64,000 nucleotides of DNA. Origin: Balanoglossus misakiensis (taxonomy: Eukaryota > Animalia > Hemichordata). The stretch spans positions 10,911,099 to 10,975,098 of the forward strand of contig CM082581.2 in the NCBI GenBank assembly GCA_040954595.2. Reading direction: 5' to 3'. The notes below the pieces were generated by a model. The model saw nothing but the letters and a program-made list of their open reading frames with translations. It searched no databases and was not told the origin of the DNA. The translations under genes and the position numbers were made by a program. Shown in pieces: positions 13,001 to 26,200 of the stretch (positions within the stretch are counted from its first letter, which is position 1; every line of letters starts with the position of its first letter).

Positions 13001-16000
13001 GCTGTAACCAAGGGTTATATCGTTAAGTGCAATGCCGGTTATTCTGATCTGTTTCAATGTCACAGCGTGTCACAAATAAAAAAACACCTGGAAAGCTGAC
13101 TTGTGCTGACTTTCGCGTTCAGATATTTGGAACAGACTCCAGGCCAGCAACATGAAGTTATATTTAAAAAACACACCATCAAATCAGGGATATTACTAAT
13201 ACATAGTGTAAGCTGTTGGAATACAGAAGACGTTGTTGGACTCGCCTCCTCGGCTGCTCTTGTTGGAAATAGTGAACGCGTGCAGCAGCTGGCGTTAAAC
13301 TTGAGCGGATAAACAAAGTGACACACCCGTGACATCTCCGCGTCTTTGATGGTCATTAAAAGAAAATCTGGTTCACATCTCCGCGGGGAGATCTCTCCAT
13401 TTAATTAATGCCATACACTTCAAGCACTTCGGGACATGTCTTATACCTGGGGCAATATAACTTCAAAACATGTCCATGTAATAACAGTGATCATCCAAGT
13501 TTGTGGATCAGGCAGGTGCAAGACGATGTGCATGCCACCAAGAGTTGGACTACTCATGAATAATTCAGAAGGTATCTCTCCCAACAAAACAATGTCGCTA
13601 CGCATTGTTCGCGCTTCACTCAGGTATTCTAACATTATTCACGTGTAGGCCTAATGTGATTCAAGTTCAAACCAAACCGTAACCACTCTACTTATATATA
13701 AGGTCACTTTTTAAAGTCAATCGCTCCTTGAAGCCTCAGTACAGTGGATATCTGGAATATTACGACCAGATTATTGAAACTAAGTCATCTGCCAGGCGAA
13801 AAATAGAAATTACGGCAACAAACCTAAAACAATTGTTTTGAATTTGCCAGTGGTTGCACATCCGCTCTTTCTATGGCCTCTGTGTCTCAAATTGACGATG
13901 CTTTCTTCTTGCGCACGTTTATGGATTTGTGCCCTCAGCCGTTCCTTGAAATTGAGTCATTTCCATTGTTAATATCCACATTCCCTCTACTGTCTTTGAG
14001 TTAACGTATCGAACAGGACGCTTCCGATGATACCGGCAGATTAATCGTCATACGTCATAGCGTCACCTAAAAACATTACTTTATTTGGATCCCACTTGTG
14101 GGCACGGCTACAAGCATGCACGCCGCGCGGCTCGGGGCTTTTCTTTTGCACGAGTTCTCTCTCTTTATTCGCGTGATTTCTCAGATGAAAGTAATTTGTT
14201 TGGTGGATGAATGCCCGCGCACCTAGAAGAGAAAGTTGAAATCAGTAAAAAAAACAGCGTGAGTGGGAGTGTATATTTTCATTGTTGCCTTCGTTCAGCA
14301 ATACAATAAAGTAATGTTGGAGAGAAATGTTCGCAGAAAACGGACTTTGCAGCCCGTTCTTTTCATGATGATTTTTTTCTCGTCGCCACGAACTAAAAGC
14401 AACGTACTCCTACAAGACACAGTAAGACGGAATATTTTGTTCCATTGTAAGGTACGTTTTTTTTTTCATATCAATCGATATGGTTGTCGCACGGATGGTT
14501 GACGCTGTGTATATGGTATTGTATGTGCATTTTAAGTATGTAAGGTCGCGAAAGACTGAAATGCCAAATGTTATCCTGGATTGTGTCGTATAAGGATTAA
14601 TATCCGGGAATGTTAAGAGTGTTTATATAAAGAGCAAATATATGAACATTTAAAAAGCACATCTGAACCACGAAGGAGTCTCAGTTCAGTGCAACAAGTC
14701 ACGTAGATCTGGTCGACACCCACGCACGCGCAAGAGAGGCGCGGTGTCACAACGACCACTTGAGGTCATCAGGCTTCACCGATACGGTATCAACGACTTA
14801 GACGAATTAGTTGTCCTCGAAGAATACAGGGTTTAACGTCTTCGCTTTGAAAATGTGCCGTGGAGAGTTTTTTGTATATTCATCGTTGAAAAGCAGAACC
14901 ATTGAATTACCTAGTCCGACGTCATATCGCAGAAGGGTACAGCTCCCGGCTACAGCTATAGACTGCGGCAAACTCTGGTGTACTGGGATCAAATGATGCA
15001 TCATAGATTCATACGATTCACCGAGAAAACCATCCACCCACATTTTGTTATCGTCATTTTCAAAGCTATATTTAGATTTTAGAATGATATTTATTTTCAC
15101 AAAAGACGTCACTGTAATGCTATATTCAATTTGCATTTTTTGAATTGCAGATAAGAACTCTATAAAGTTCGATCTACCCTAGTTCATCAAACAGAAATGT
15201 GTACTCATTAGGGATGACAACTTAAGTCCAGTGCATAATAAAAATCCTATTCCATGAATGATTTGTACGCATATCTAATCTGTCTTTGTGACATAATAAT
15301 AATGTCACATATGCATTTTTAAAACCCGAGATTGCGCCTGGTTTCCTGACGATGTAAAATTAAACCCGCAGTGTGTACGCAAACAATCAAAGATCGAAAG
15401 GGGACATGTTTACTGAATAACATTGTCTTGCGAGTGTGTAGGCCTATGATGTAGAAGAGTAAGCCGAATGCTCCATCTGGTGCACATCTCCGCGTCTTTT
15501 ATCATTCTTCTGTGGTGCTGTTTAAAAGGTACCGGGAAGTAATACTCGTACTATAAGAGTATAAAATAGTACAGCGCCACGGTTAAGAGGTAATTAAATG
15601 TCATTTCGCGTCTACACAAATGTGTTCAGATCAGAGAGTATAATTATATGAGGCCAATGATTGAGTCTATATACCAGTTCAACGCTCTCTTACTGCCATA
15701 CTGGATGTCACCCGTAAGCGCTTCAAAGCCAACTTACCGGAATGCTCCAAGGTAAGATACGCCAGATTTGTTTTTCAGACGAAGCAAGAGTAATCTAATA
15801 CCCATGTCCTTGCTACAAAATAATTCAGACATCCTGCAGGGGAAATTGATTTAAATATTCTACGCAATTCAAGCCGAAGGTTCCAGTCATTAAATTGCAC
15901 TCTCTGTCGGTCTAATACACTGTCCCTTTGCGCAAAATAGGGCCTCGGCTATTCCACGTAAAATAGCTATATAGCCCCGCGATTTACAAAAAGGTCGTCA

Positions 16001-16969
16001 CAACTGCAATGCGATATTACCGTTCACACAACGAATCCCGCCAATTGTTTATCCCAGGTAATTGCATTGTATGTTAGTGGATTGAGTGTCCCTGATACGG
16101 GGGGGGGGGGGGGGTTGACACATAAACATTACAATGCAAGCTGACAGGGTCGGAGTACTTTTGAATATGGGTCGCGTGTTTTGATCACATGACGCAATGA
16201 CTAAACCCGACCACGAGAAACGTGCTTCTCACCTGTAATGATACCAGATACACGTACCACTCAAAAACCTAATTAAATTTAAAAATTTGTTTTTCATTCT
16301 CAAAAGCTCAACAACAAATAGAGAGAATGTCGAAACGTTTACCAGCACCCCTTTGTATAGAGAAATAAGATATTTCTTCACGAAGCATGATTTTAGGCCC
16401 TACTTGCATTTATTTGTCTTTAGGCCAAGCGCCCACGTGGTTCTTACGCTTGAAAGCATATTTTTTTTCCAGAAAACTTTCACGTTTCGATACCTACTCG
16501 GGTGCGGCCATCTACGGGTGACCAGGCCAGTCAGATTGCACGTTTGCCTCTCCAGAGGGCGCCGTCGCGGTCAAAGGTCATTAATGGCTGACCGAACTTT
16601 CGTGCATCGGACCAGACGGATTAGTTTTCCCTTGTGAACAGTTGGTAAGTAAAGTCTGAACACGCTCTGAGTCTGAACAAGATTTTAACAGTTGCACATA
16701 AATAAACGTAGTTCATTGTATTTTTTTTTCAGCTGACAGCTTTATTTTTTGAATTGTAGCGGGTGCTGCTACATGTGTACTGTGTTGTGTACTGCTGGGC
16801 CTACAGGTTGACGATAGCTGCAGTGCAGTTCTCAAAATTCTACATAAGCTGTGCAATATGAGAACCATACAATGTATCTGGGTTGTCATGACGATGAGTG
16901 CTTTGGTGACAGTGTCGTTACGTTACTTTATTGGAAATTTCTGTGATTCTTTTGCGTAGGTTTTCCACC

Positions 16970-18723
16970 ATGCTACAAAACAAGCTTGCCACCAGTGCCA
17001 TGTCGGAAAAACTTGAAAAACAGTTAAAAATCTTGAAGGACGAGTGCATCATCTGTGCATTCAGTTTCACGGACATTTTCGTGAACACTAGCGGAAAACT
17101 GGCGAAGGGAAACACCAGAAAGCGACAAGTAAGCGAAAAAGATCGCCAAATTCTTGCGTCGCATCTAGAAGTCCGGGTACCCCGTGATACCCGTGGTATC
17201 TGTTCGGTATGCCAGTGCCTCGCAAACAAACTCGAACGAGCACAGAACATGTTCGATGAAGCGAAGTGCAGTTTGAATGAGAGGCTGGCAAACATTTCAG
17301 TCCAAAAGAAAAGAACCAGCACGTCGCCAACTGGGATGTCTCCAAAGTCAAAAAGGTTTGCTCCCGCGCCACGGAATGAAGAATTGGTTACAGAGAAAGT
17401 AATAGTCATACAGCAGATGATAGATGTGGAGTGCAATCAAGAAAAAGTAAAAACAAGTGCCAGAAGACAGATTTTTCGTCCTCCTGAGAAGACACAAATA
17501 CGGGTATGAAATTTTTTAGTACCTCAATGGAAAAAATGAAGTTAAAGTTCGATACCCTTATTTTGGCTATTGCACACAAAAAGTATACAGAAGTAACATA
17601 ACAGGGTAAAAAGGAAAAAAAAATCATCAAACACATCAGCGTGTACAATTGTATATAGATTTATCAGGGCTTGTTATACAAATGGACCATTGAAATTACA
17701 GCTACCGGTACTTATCACAAAATAAAATAAAGTGTTAATTTGTTTAAATAGATCACCCTTGAACATCCAAGCTCCAGGATAACAGAGCGAGTCATTGACC
17801 CAGCCTTCCACACAATTGCAAGAGACATATTATCACAGGACAGCAGTTCCATGGTCAAACATGCAATGAAGATGAACATCCGAGCTGTTGCTCAGCATAT
17901 TGCCCCAGTTGTCAAAACTGAAGTGAGTATGAAAGTTTTGTCATAAAGTTAACTTCAAGTCCCTTTTGTCAATTCAATACGACCCACAGATAACTTTCAT
18001 TTTTAATTTTGGAAGATATGACTTTAAAATTCAAATCGTTTAGTTGCATTTATTGATTTGTTTTCTAGGTTACTGCTATCTGTGCACAGAAGTTCAACAG
18101 CATTTTGAGACAGACAGACACAGGCGGCCTACAGAATTTTTCCTATCACAAACTGTTCCGAGAAGTGAAAGACAAGTGCCCTGTGCTGTTGTCGGTGATG
18201 TCTTCTGCCATGGATATCAATCCAATCTCTCCAACTGATGACGACATATACCACCTCGGTTGTCTGCTGGCTCCGGTGTTGAAATTCAAAAATAATCAGA
18301 TGTCGGCTCTCTCATACCATGTTGGTTTTCTGCTGAACAGTGGAGGATTGTCACAAAAGGTAATGGCAATGAGAGATAGTTCTGCCCAAAATTTCATTTT
18401 ATTTTTTCAAATCAGGTCTCCCTAAGAATTTGAACCAGTATCACATATTTGCATGACAATGAATTTCCTTCTCATGTTAAATAGTAAATAGGTTCGTAGA
18501 GCTATCGCTTATTTTTTTTATCTCATGAAACTATTCACAGGCTCAAAGACGCATGGCTAAGATGGGATATTCTATCACGCCAACCTCTATAGACAACAAA
18601 GTTAAGCAACTGACTGCAGCTTTAGACCAAGAGACAGAACACTTACCAGGTGCACAGACAACCAGTGTTGCGGAAACCAAGATATCTAAAGCACCCTTAA
18701 TAAAGACAGAGCCGACAGAATAA
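16970..18723 (+). CDS. Uncharacterised 4-exon gene (392 aa) with N-terminal CxxC...CxxC (ZAD-like) motif; possibly transposon-derived
   Basis: Exons 16970-17503, 17752-17922, 18069-18359, 18541-18723 join in frame via three phase-0 GT-AG introns; acceptor at 16959 before ATG, upstream donor gtaagt at 16645, AATAAA at 18855. Confidence 0.7.
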
Positions 18724-20240
18724 GAGAATACAGTACCACGTAAGTGAAAGACATCACTGACTCTACATCTGATTTTAATCAGATTGGTCCACTGGTACAG
18801 ATCCATCGCGTAATCAGTCCCAGTCGACTCTCCACCAATGGAGACTGTGGGGGTAATAAACAACCATGTGTTCATTACATAAGTACACTCTAAAATGTTG
18901 GGCGCCTTGTTACAAAGGGTATACAACCCTTGAAGCTGATGTAGCAAGGAAGAGGAGTAACGGTTTTTCCTATTTCAACATGTTGGAAATGGAAACTGTT
19001 TACGTCTTGCGTTTGTCAGTGAAACAATACTGAAGAAACAACAACATTGACACAAGTTTTCTGGCAATTTTGATTAAACTCAGCAAAATATTTATTTTAA
19101 ATGACATACATGATAAGAATTAATACTGAAAACAAGAAGGGAGACAATTTTTTTTGTAAATATACATATAATACTTTTTTTATTGTTGCTGGCAGTATTT
19201 TACAATATCAAAGATGGGACGAAATTTATTGCTTTTTAATTGTGATTCTTGTAAAGTAAAAAAGATCTGCACAATAAAAAGCTACATGACTATATATTAA
19301 CTCAAATCAATGAATGAAAAAACGTTGTTACAACCTAACTTTCTAGATATAAGTAACACTGTTACATAAAATAAACTTACTGAAATTTGAAGAATACTAT
19401 TTTTCTCATAAAATTCACATTAAGCCATAGAAATTTATTCCAAAACTATTTTGTCCATGCATCATTCCTAACTCTGCAAGTCCAAAACTTTACCCCAGAA
19501 AACTTAACAAGAGTCTTTTTTTTTCTGTTTCATCCATCAACAAATATGAAATGCTAAAATCAACCAGATTGAAACAACAGTCAAATCACAAAAAAAAAAA
19601 AAAAAGCAAAAATTGCTGCAAAGAAAAGTGATGGCAGCCAATTTAATTTCACAGTTCAAACAGCAAGCCATCAGAACATTAAAAAATAACTTTGATAGTG
19701 TACAACTGATCTCAAATTACCATCTGCCTGCATGAAATGTAATGAAAAATGTACATAATTGGTCATAAAATTGTTTGGTCAATACCTGTTAAATTATTTC
19801 TAAACTCTAACATTCTACACTTTTCACTGAAACTGTTCTCAGTTTGATGCTTCATTTCACACAAAACTGACACTGTGTCTGCACCTGCCAAGGTTTCTGG
19901 ATATGATATCTACACCTGGTCGTATAACGGGTTATCAACTGATAATGTTTCGGTTATTGGGTTGATGATCTTTGACCATGATCTTTGACCTTCCTCCTGA
20001 TTGCGTTGGGCTTTAAGTAATCCAGAAATGAAAATCTAAAATAAGTAACTCCCAACAGAAAAAAAAAATCATTCGTCTGAATCAAAACCTGAGTGCAAAT
20101 TGTGTTTTGCACAAAGCACCATTTTAAATTTTGGATTTTTTTTTCATATATCTCTCCTTTTAGGCACATTTTGTGACGAGAATTTATAAAACTAAAATAT
20201 CAAAATACTTTTGGCTCATCTATAATGCGTTTTGCCATCC

Positions 20241-23200
20241 TTAAAATACGTCCCTCCCTTTGAACTCGCTCAATTCTGCAATGGGATTAATATTTTTCTG
20301 TTTGGCACTCTTGCGTACTGCTGCATGCATCTCTTCTAGGTTTTCACGTTTGACCAGGGGCTTCTTCTCGGGAGCTTTCATCTTCCACATAACCACCGGT
20401 GACTGTTAATAAAAAAAAGGTAATGATACAGTTTCATCTCATCTTCCTGATAGTGACAAACAGAAAAAGTACAAGGCTTGGCGTTCTTTTTCTGGCTTCC
20501 CACTCAACTGAGAATGAAGGAGGCCGTGGGCTAGGAACATGCACAGAGACGGAGAATTAGGTCGGTAATAAGTCTGCTTTCATAATAGGTATGAGATCCC
20601 CTCGTGAGTCGTTGTGTTTGCTACAGGCCTTTGGTTCTATACATCACGATCACTTCTTCAAAATTTTATGTGCAATGTTACTTGTATATGAAGGTATATT
20701 ACACTGGTGGTTTCCCTTTGAGACCACAGAGGGCGCCATTCAAGGTTATACTGTATAGTATAACCTTGAATGGCCCACTCTAATCAGGACACTGCTCCTA
20801 CAAGGTCATATGCTTCAAGCTGAATGTCATCAAATGAACAGAATTCTATCCACGTAGTCAAGTAGGAAACTGAAGTGAATCTTCCTAAGGTGTCCCAGGT
20901 TTTAGTTTTCAATACTTACATTGACGCCTAACGAGCCCCCTCTGCTGAGTCGGGAGTACTTAGTGGATGCCACGTAGGACGCTTTGACCGTCTGCACTAC
21001 GGCGCCCATCAAGTTCTTGGCCGCCTGGATCAGGGATGTTGCACTGTCCAGCTGCAAAGACAACAGAAGTTGTGACAGGAGTTACAGAGTGATGAATGTA
21101 CCCTTGGAATGCTCAATACGTTTGGTCACCACTTGGATTTGTAGACCAAGGAATTTTAATTTCTGGCAAAATACTGCATAATTCTACTTCGAGGGCAGCC
21201 TGAACACAGGAAATCTCCGGGAATGTTCCACTTGTGGGTGCCCTTGGGTGGATCATTCCACTCTTAAACCGGGTAGACAATGAGGACAACTCACCCCAGA
21301 TACCACCAAGTCTCCACTGACGCTCTGCACGTCGGCCTTCACTTTACTGCAGATGTTCAACTGATGGCTGTAGAGGGCGATTCTCTGCAGGTAGGCCAGC
21401 AGGTCATCCTTGGAGGAGGAGATCGGACACTCTTCCGCTATTTTACGCGCCAGTTTGTCCAGTTTGGAGCCAGCTTCGGCGATCTTCTTGGCCGCGTTGA
21501 TGACATCCATGCTGGTCTTCAGAGGTCCACGCCCACTGTAATACAATATGATCAGTTAGCTCTATTGTACATGGCGATATATTCAAATCAAATTCGATTT
21601 ACCATCCCACTTTATTTCAGCTGCAAAATCAAAAACCTACCGAGTGAAGTCTGTCATCTCCATCATGATCATACACATCTGTTTGGCGAGCACAATGACG
21701 TCATTACTGCTTTCGTCCCACTTGGCCATCTCCATGTCCAGCTTTTCCTTCTCCTGCCGGAATACGTTGATCTGTTCCTGGATTTTGATCTTCTCTTCCT
21801 CTGGTAGCTGCCTCATCAAGAACTAGGAAAACGATGTGGGGGGAAATTGCAGTATTAGACCTCTGTTACTTTGACTCTTGACAGATGTCACAAAATAAAT
21901 TCTGATTTTACATCTTATTTCTGCATAACTCACCCTATCACTCTTGCCTTCAAGATTTTCTTCTGTAAGTCTAGGTAGTGTGCCATAGTCGTCATCATCT
22001 GTCTTGTAACTTGCTGAAAATCAAAACAGGAAAACTGACGTGAAAAACAAGTCATGGTTGTCCGTAAATGAAAGTTCTTCAATTTCCCCTTTCAATAATA
22101 TCAAATCCATCTGCTCGTATGAAACATCCTATTACCTACAAAAAATGATTCATTCGACTTACATTTACTTCGGATATCATCTTCGTCATATTCAAATTCT
22201 GTGTCTGTTTCAAGCTCATCTAATGTCTGCAGACATGAAAATAACAAAAATGCAGTTACTTATAGAGGGACTACATGAAAAGCAATGCACATGTAACAGA
22301 CAACTTTTCAACGACTAAGCTTATGTCCAACAACATACAATACCAGCGCCCCCTAGTGGTCATATTTAAAACGTGAGAACAGAGCAGACTTACCCTGTTC
22401 ATGAGTACAGCTTTGCGAATGTCTCTGACACCATCATAAACCATTCTGGACGCGTCCATAAATTCATTTTCATCCACATCATCTGGAGGGGAAGCAGTCA
22501 GGGCTCCAACAGCAATCTCCACGCGCTCAGCAAATACCGGCATGACTAAAAAAAGAAAAATATGAACCATCATTAACACTGTGTGCTAGTCCTCTGATGA
22601 ATGAAGTCAAAACAGTCATGTTCACGCAACGCTTTTAATTAAAGAGCTACTACTGGAAATAAACTGTCTCTGAATTCCTCTCACCTTGGTCTCTCAGCAC
22701 GAGAACAGCGTCCCGTACTTGTTCTGTGTAAACACCAGGCTCGTAGTTTTGCATTTCGGCGTCGACGACGTTGCAAACCCTGGCTGATCTTCCACGGATG
22801 GCGCCGGCTGTACGATCCAGGACGTCCGCGTCTCCCTCTTGTAATGCCATCACACACTTGTTGACATCTTCCAGGATGTGACTCTCTGTTCAATATTCAA
22901 ACAAGACAAAAAAATTAAATCCTTTTTTTCATCTAAGAAAAGTGAAGTGGGCTGTCACAGGTGCTCAGTACAGACTGGTTTCCAGATTAAATGTTTGGTT
23001 TCACCTCCTTTTCACTTTATCAAAATATTGATTTCCAACTCTGCAAACTTACCAGAGACGGCCAAGAAATCGTCAATGGTGGTGATGTCATCCACAGCTT
23101 CGGTCAGGATCTTCACTTGTTTCTCCCACAGATCTTTGAACACATCCATGTTCTCCTGGGCAGCCTTGCTGCGTGGACGTGCGGCCAGTGTGCGGGCTGC

Positions 23201-26200
23201 GTTGATGACCTGGGGAACATTACCATGCAATGCAGAGACACATCAGTAAATGCTCTTATGCTTTTTGTAGTCACAGACCATCAAGTACTACGTCACCCTA
23301 TCTTTGGCTGCAAAAGACTGTGCAGACTGCTTGAACTTACCTGTGGACACAGAGCTTCGATCTGTTGGGCAGACATCCTGACACACTTCACCCCTTCCTC
23401 GTTGTTAGACATGGAACATGCCAGGTTGGCCACTTCCACCAGTTTGTTGGCGTGCTCCCTGAAGACGGCAGCATACTCCTCCACCTCCTTCTCGTTGCCG
23501 CTCTTGGCCGCTTCAATCAGAACGAGGAGCGGAACGTTGGTCTCCAGGAAGGAGTCAGACACGTGGTCCACCACGGCTTTGCGCAACTAGCAGCAGAATG
23601 AGAAAAGAAACACTGGCTGATTTCATTGGTCAGTGACAAAGGAGAACGTACAAATACCGTGTCTTTTGGCCAATAGGTTCGGCCATTACAAAAGACATCA
23701 AGGTCGGAAACGACCAAGTACCAGTTATATTTCCTCAAGTGTGAATCTTTCTGTCTGATTAACCATGTATGGTTCCAACAGCACACACTTTTCTTCCCTG
23801 CCCTGACACCCATAAACCAGCACAACAAAAGTAATTTCTTTACCTGTCTACGAAGATCCCTGGTCTTCTTAAACATTCTATCAATGGCCTGGTCTAGAGG
23901 ATCACTTCGGTCAGGTTTGCCAGCCTGGGAAGAAAATTAGAGAAAAATATGCAAAAATGATAAAAATGTTGCACTACATTTTGACAGTGAAAAAATGAGG
24001 GTTGACAGTCCAATATACTTACACATGACATGTATTCAGACAGAAGGTCCTGAAGTGCCTGCCTGACTGCGTTGCATTCAGCGACAATACGGTCTCGGTG
24101 GTCGTCACGGGTACAAGAAGAGTCAGCCATCAATGCGGCACCACTAATGATACTCTCCAGACGTTCCTCCAGCGATGGACGCGTGCGCACTTCATTGTAG
24201 GCGGCAGGGTTCATGACAATCGTGTGCTGTTCATCACAAAGAGACGGAGTCAGTTGTAAATATCGATAACAACAGCAAATGTCAACAACAAAAAGCAAAC
24301 GGAAAATTGTAACATAACTCACATCAAAATCATCCAGAGCTGAAGCCAGTTCTCCGGCACCTTCAATGGTAGGATTCGGTTCGGAGTCCCCAGTGGCTTG
24401 TGTCACACCCGATATGGCGTTGACCGCTTCACACAGCTGCTTCACAACGTAGTCCCGGTTCTCTTTGGCAGCGCTCACGTCCGGGTGTCGGATATACGCC
24501 TGGAGGTGAGAAAGAAAGAACCAGGTTATTTGACTTTTATACCCCACCGAGGAAGGCATGCGAGTACCCGCAACATTCCAACTTGGACAAAGAGTCAGAA
24601 ACCAGCAACTCTGACGGTTACTTAACGTTGATTTATAGTTGACATTTGTGTGTATATGCCATGTATGAATGAGGTCAAATTATTTCTTTTTTTATGACAG
24701 TGAACTTGGACAAATGCAGGTATGTGTGCAAAGGCAATATCGTTCAATCTTTGCTGGTGCTGGCACATTCCATTTACACCTGGAAGACACTGAGTGGTCT
24801 CGTTTCTTATCAAGCAAATTCCTCCAGTTACTCTAGCCTGAGTGTGACAATAATCTTGAACATTTCTTGCTACCTTTGATGCTGTCAGTAGCATAGTACT
24901 GTGTCTTTGAAGCTCAGCCCTGGCAGCAGCCATCTCATCCCGTCTGCGAGGATCTTTCAAATCCTGGTTAAAAGAAGATACATATATTAAAGTAAATACC
25001 TCTGGAATTGGGTCAGTGACCCCAGAAATGGAACTTTACTGCCGCCTGCCATATAGTTTTATTTTCATAGAAAATAGGGATCATTAAAGCTTGTGATAAT
25101 GGACACCTCACAGACACCCAGACAGTAATTATGGCCAAGCACATATGTTCACCTTGTCAGCATTGTAGATCTGCCGGTAGATTTTACATGCCTGTTTTAA
25201 TGGGAATGCAAATCCACATACAAAGCTGATAACACTAATTCTCCTAAAAGATATTCATGAAATCTGATCACAAACGTACATTCTGTCTCCTGGCCGTCAA
25301 CTGGTTCAGCTGAACCATATCCTTGCCAAATGCTTTGAAACTGTCGATAAGTTCTTGTTGAGTCTGTGCATTCTTCACCTTTGCCAAGTCGTCTTCAACC
25401 TAGAGTAAAAAAAAAAAACACAATTCCATTCACTCTTCTCTTTGATGTTTGTAGAATGGAGCCCAGTCCCAGCGTTTTCCCCCGTTTCCGAAATACAACA
25501 AAGTCTTTTACCATTTTGATGAAGTTTTGACACACTCACCACTCTCAGAGATTTCAACAAAAGATGGACATCCACCATGTCGGCCAGGATAAGCAGACGA
25601 GTGACAGAGGAGAGCAGAGCTCTGGCCGCGCGAACCATGTTGCCACGCTTGGCTGAGGAGCATGGGTCATCCGCAAATTCGCCGGACGCAACCCTCATTA
25701 TGTCTCCTGTGGCAAAACAAAATTAATATCAAGTAAAGATCAAGAACACAGTAGATCTGATGTCCATAGCAATGTCAGTACAAATATGAGTTAACACATA
25801 TTGTTTACCTTTACTGTAGCAAATATCTGAAGGGACCAAAATACCTGTTTTTCTGACATCATCCACAGCAGCCATCATTTCACTTTGGATTTCCGGATTC
25901 TCTCTGGCAATCTCTTCGCCTTGCTCGATGAACTTCTGGGTGGCCTTGTCGACGGCCGCCACCAACACATGCGCTTTCTTTGATTTGCCTTTCTTCTTGT
26001 TGGAGGGCCCTTTTGTGTTAACCAAGGTTGTCACCTGGTTGGCAAAGCATATGACACATACACATCAAGTTCACGAAGACTGAGTTACCACATTTTCTTC
26101 AAAACAGCACTTGAATTTGATTGTCAACAATACAAGTGTAGCACAAAAAACGAAGTGGATACATTTCACAGATCAAAACTTTATTTGTACATTTTGTTCT

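Noticed and set aside
16098-16114. Poly-G runs here and at about 45139-45152 as functional G-quadruplexes
   Set aside because: Simple homopolymers are common in invertebrate assemblies; no supporting context
15938-16402. tagggcct / aggcccta as TIRs of an element around the orphan gene
   Set aside because: Only 8 bp, does not enclose the gene, and no matching end found downstream of 18723
21934-22226. Two short acidic alpha-catenin exons as a possible alternative pair
   Set aside because: Lengths 64 and 80 nt with phases 0-1 and 1-0: both are needed to keep frame, and they are not similar; they form the normal acidic linker
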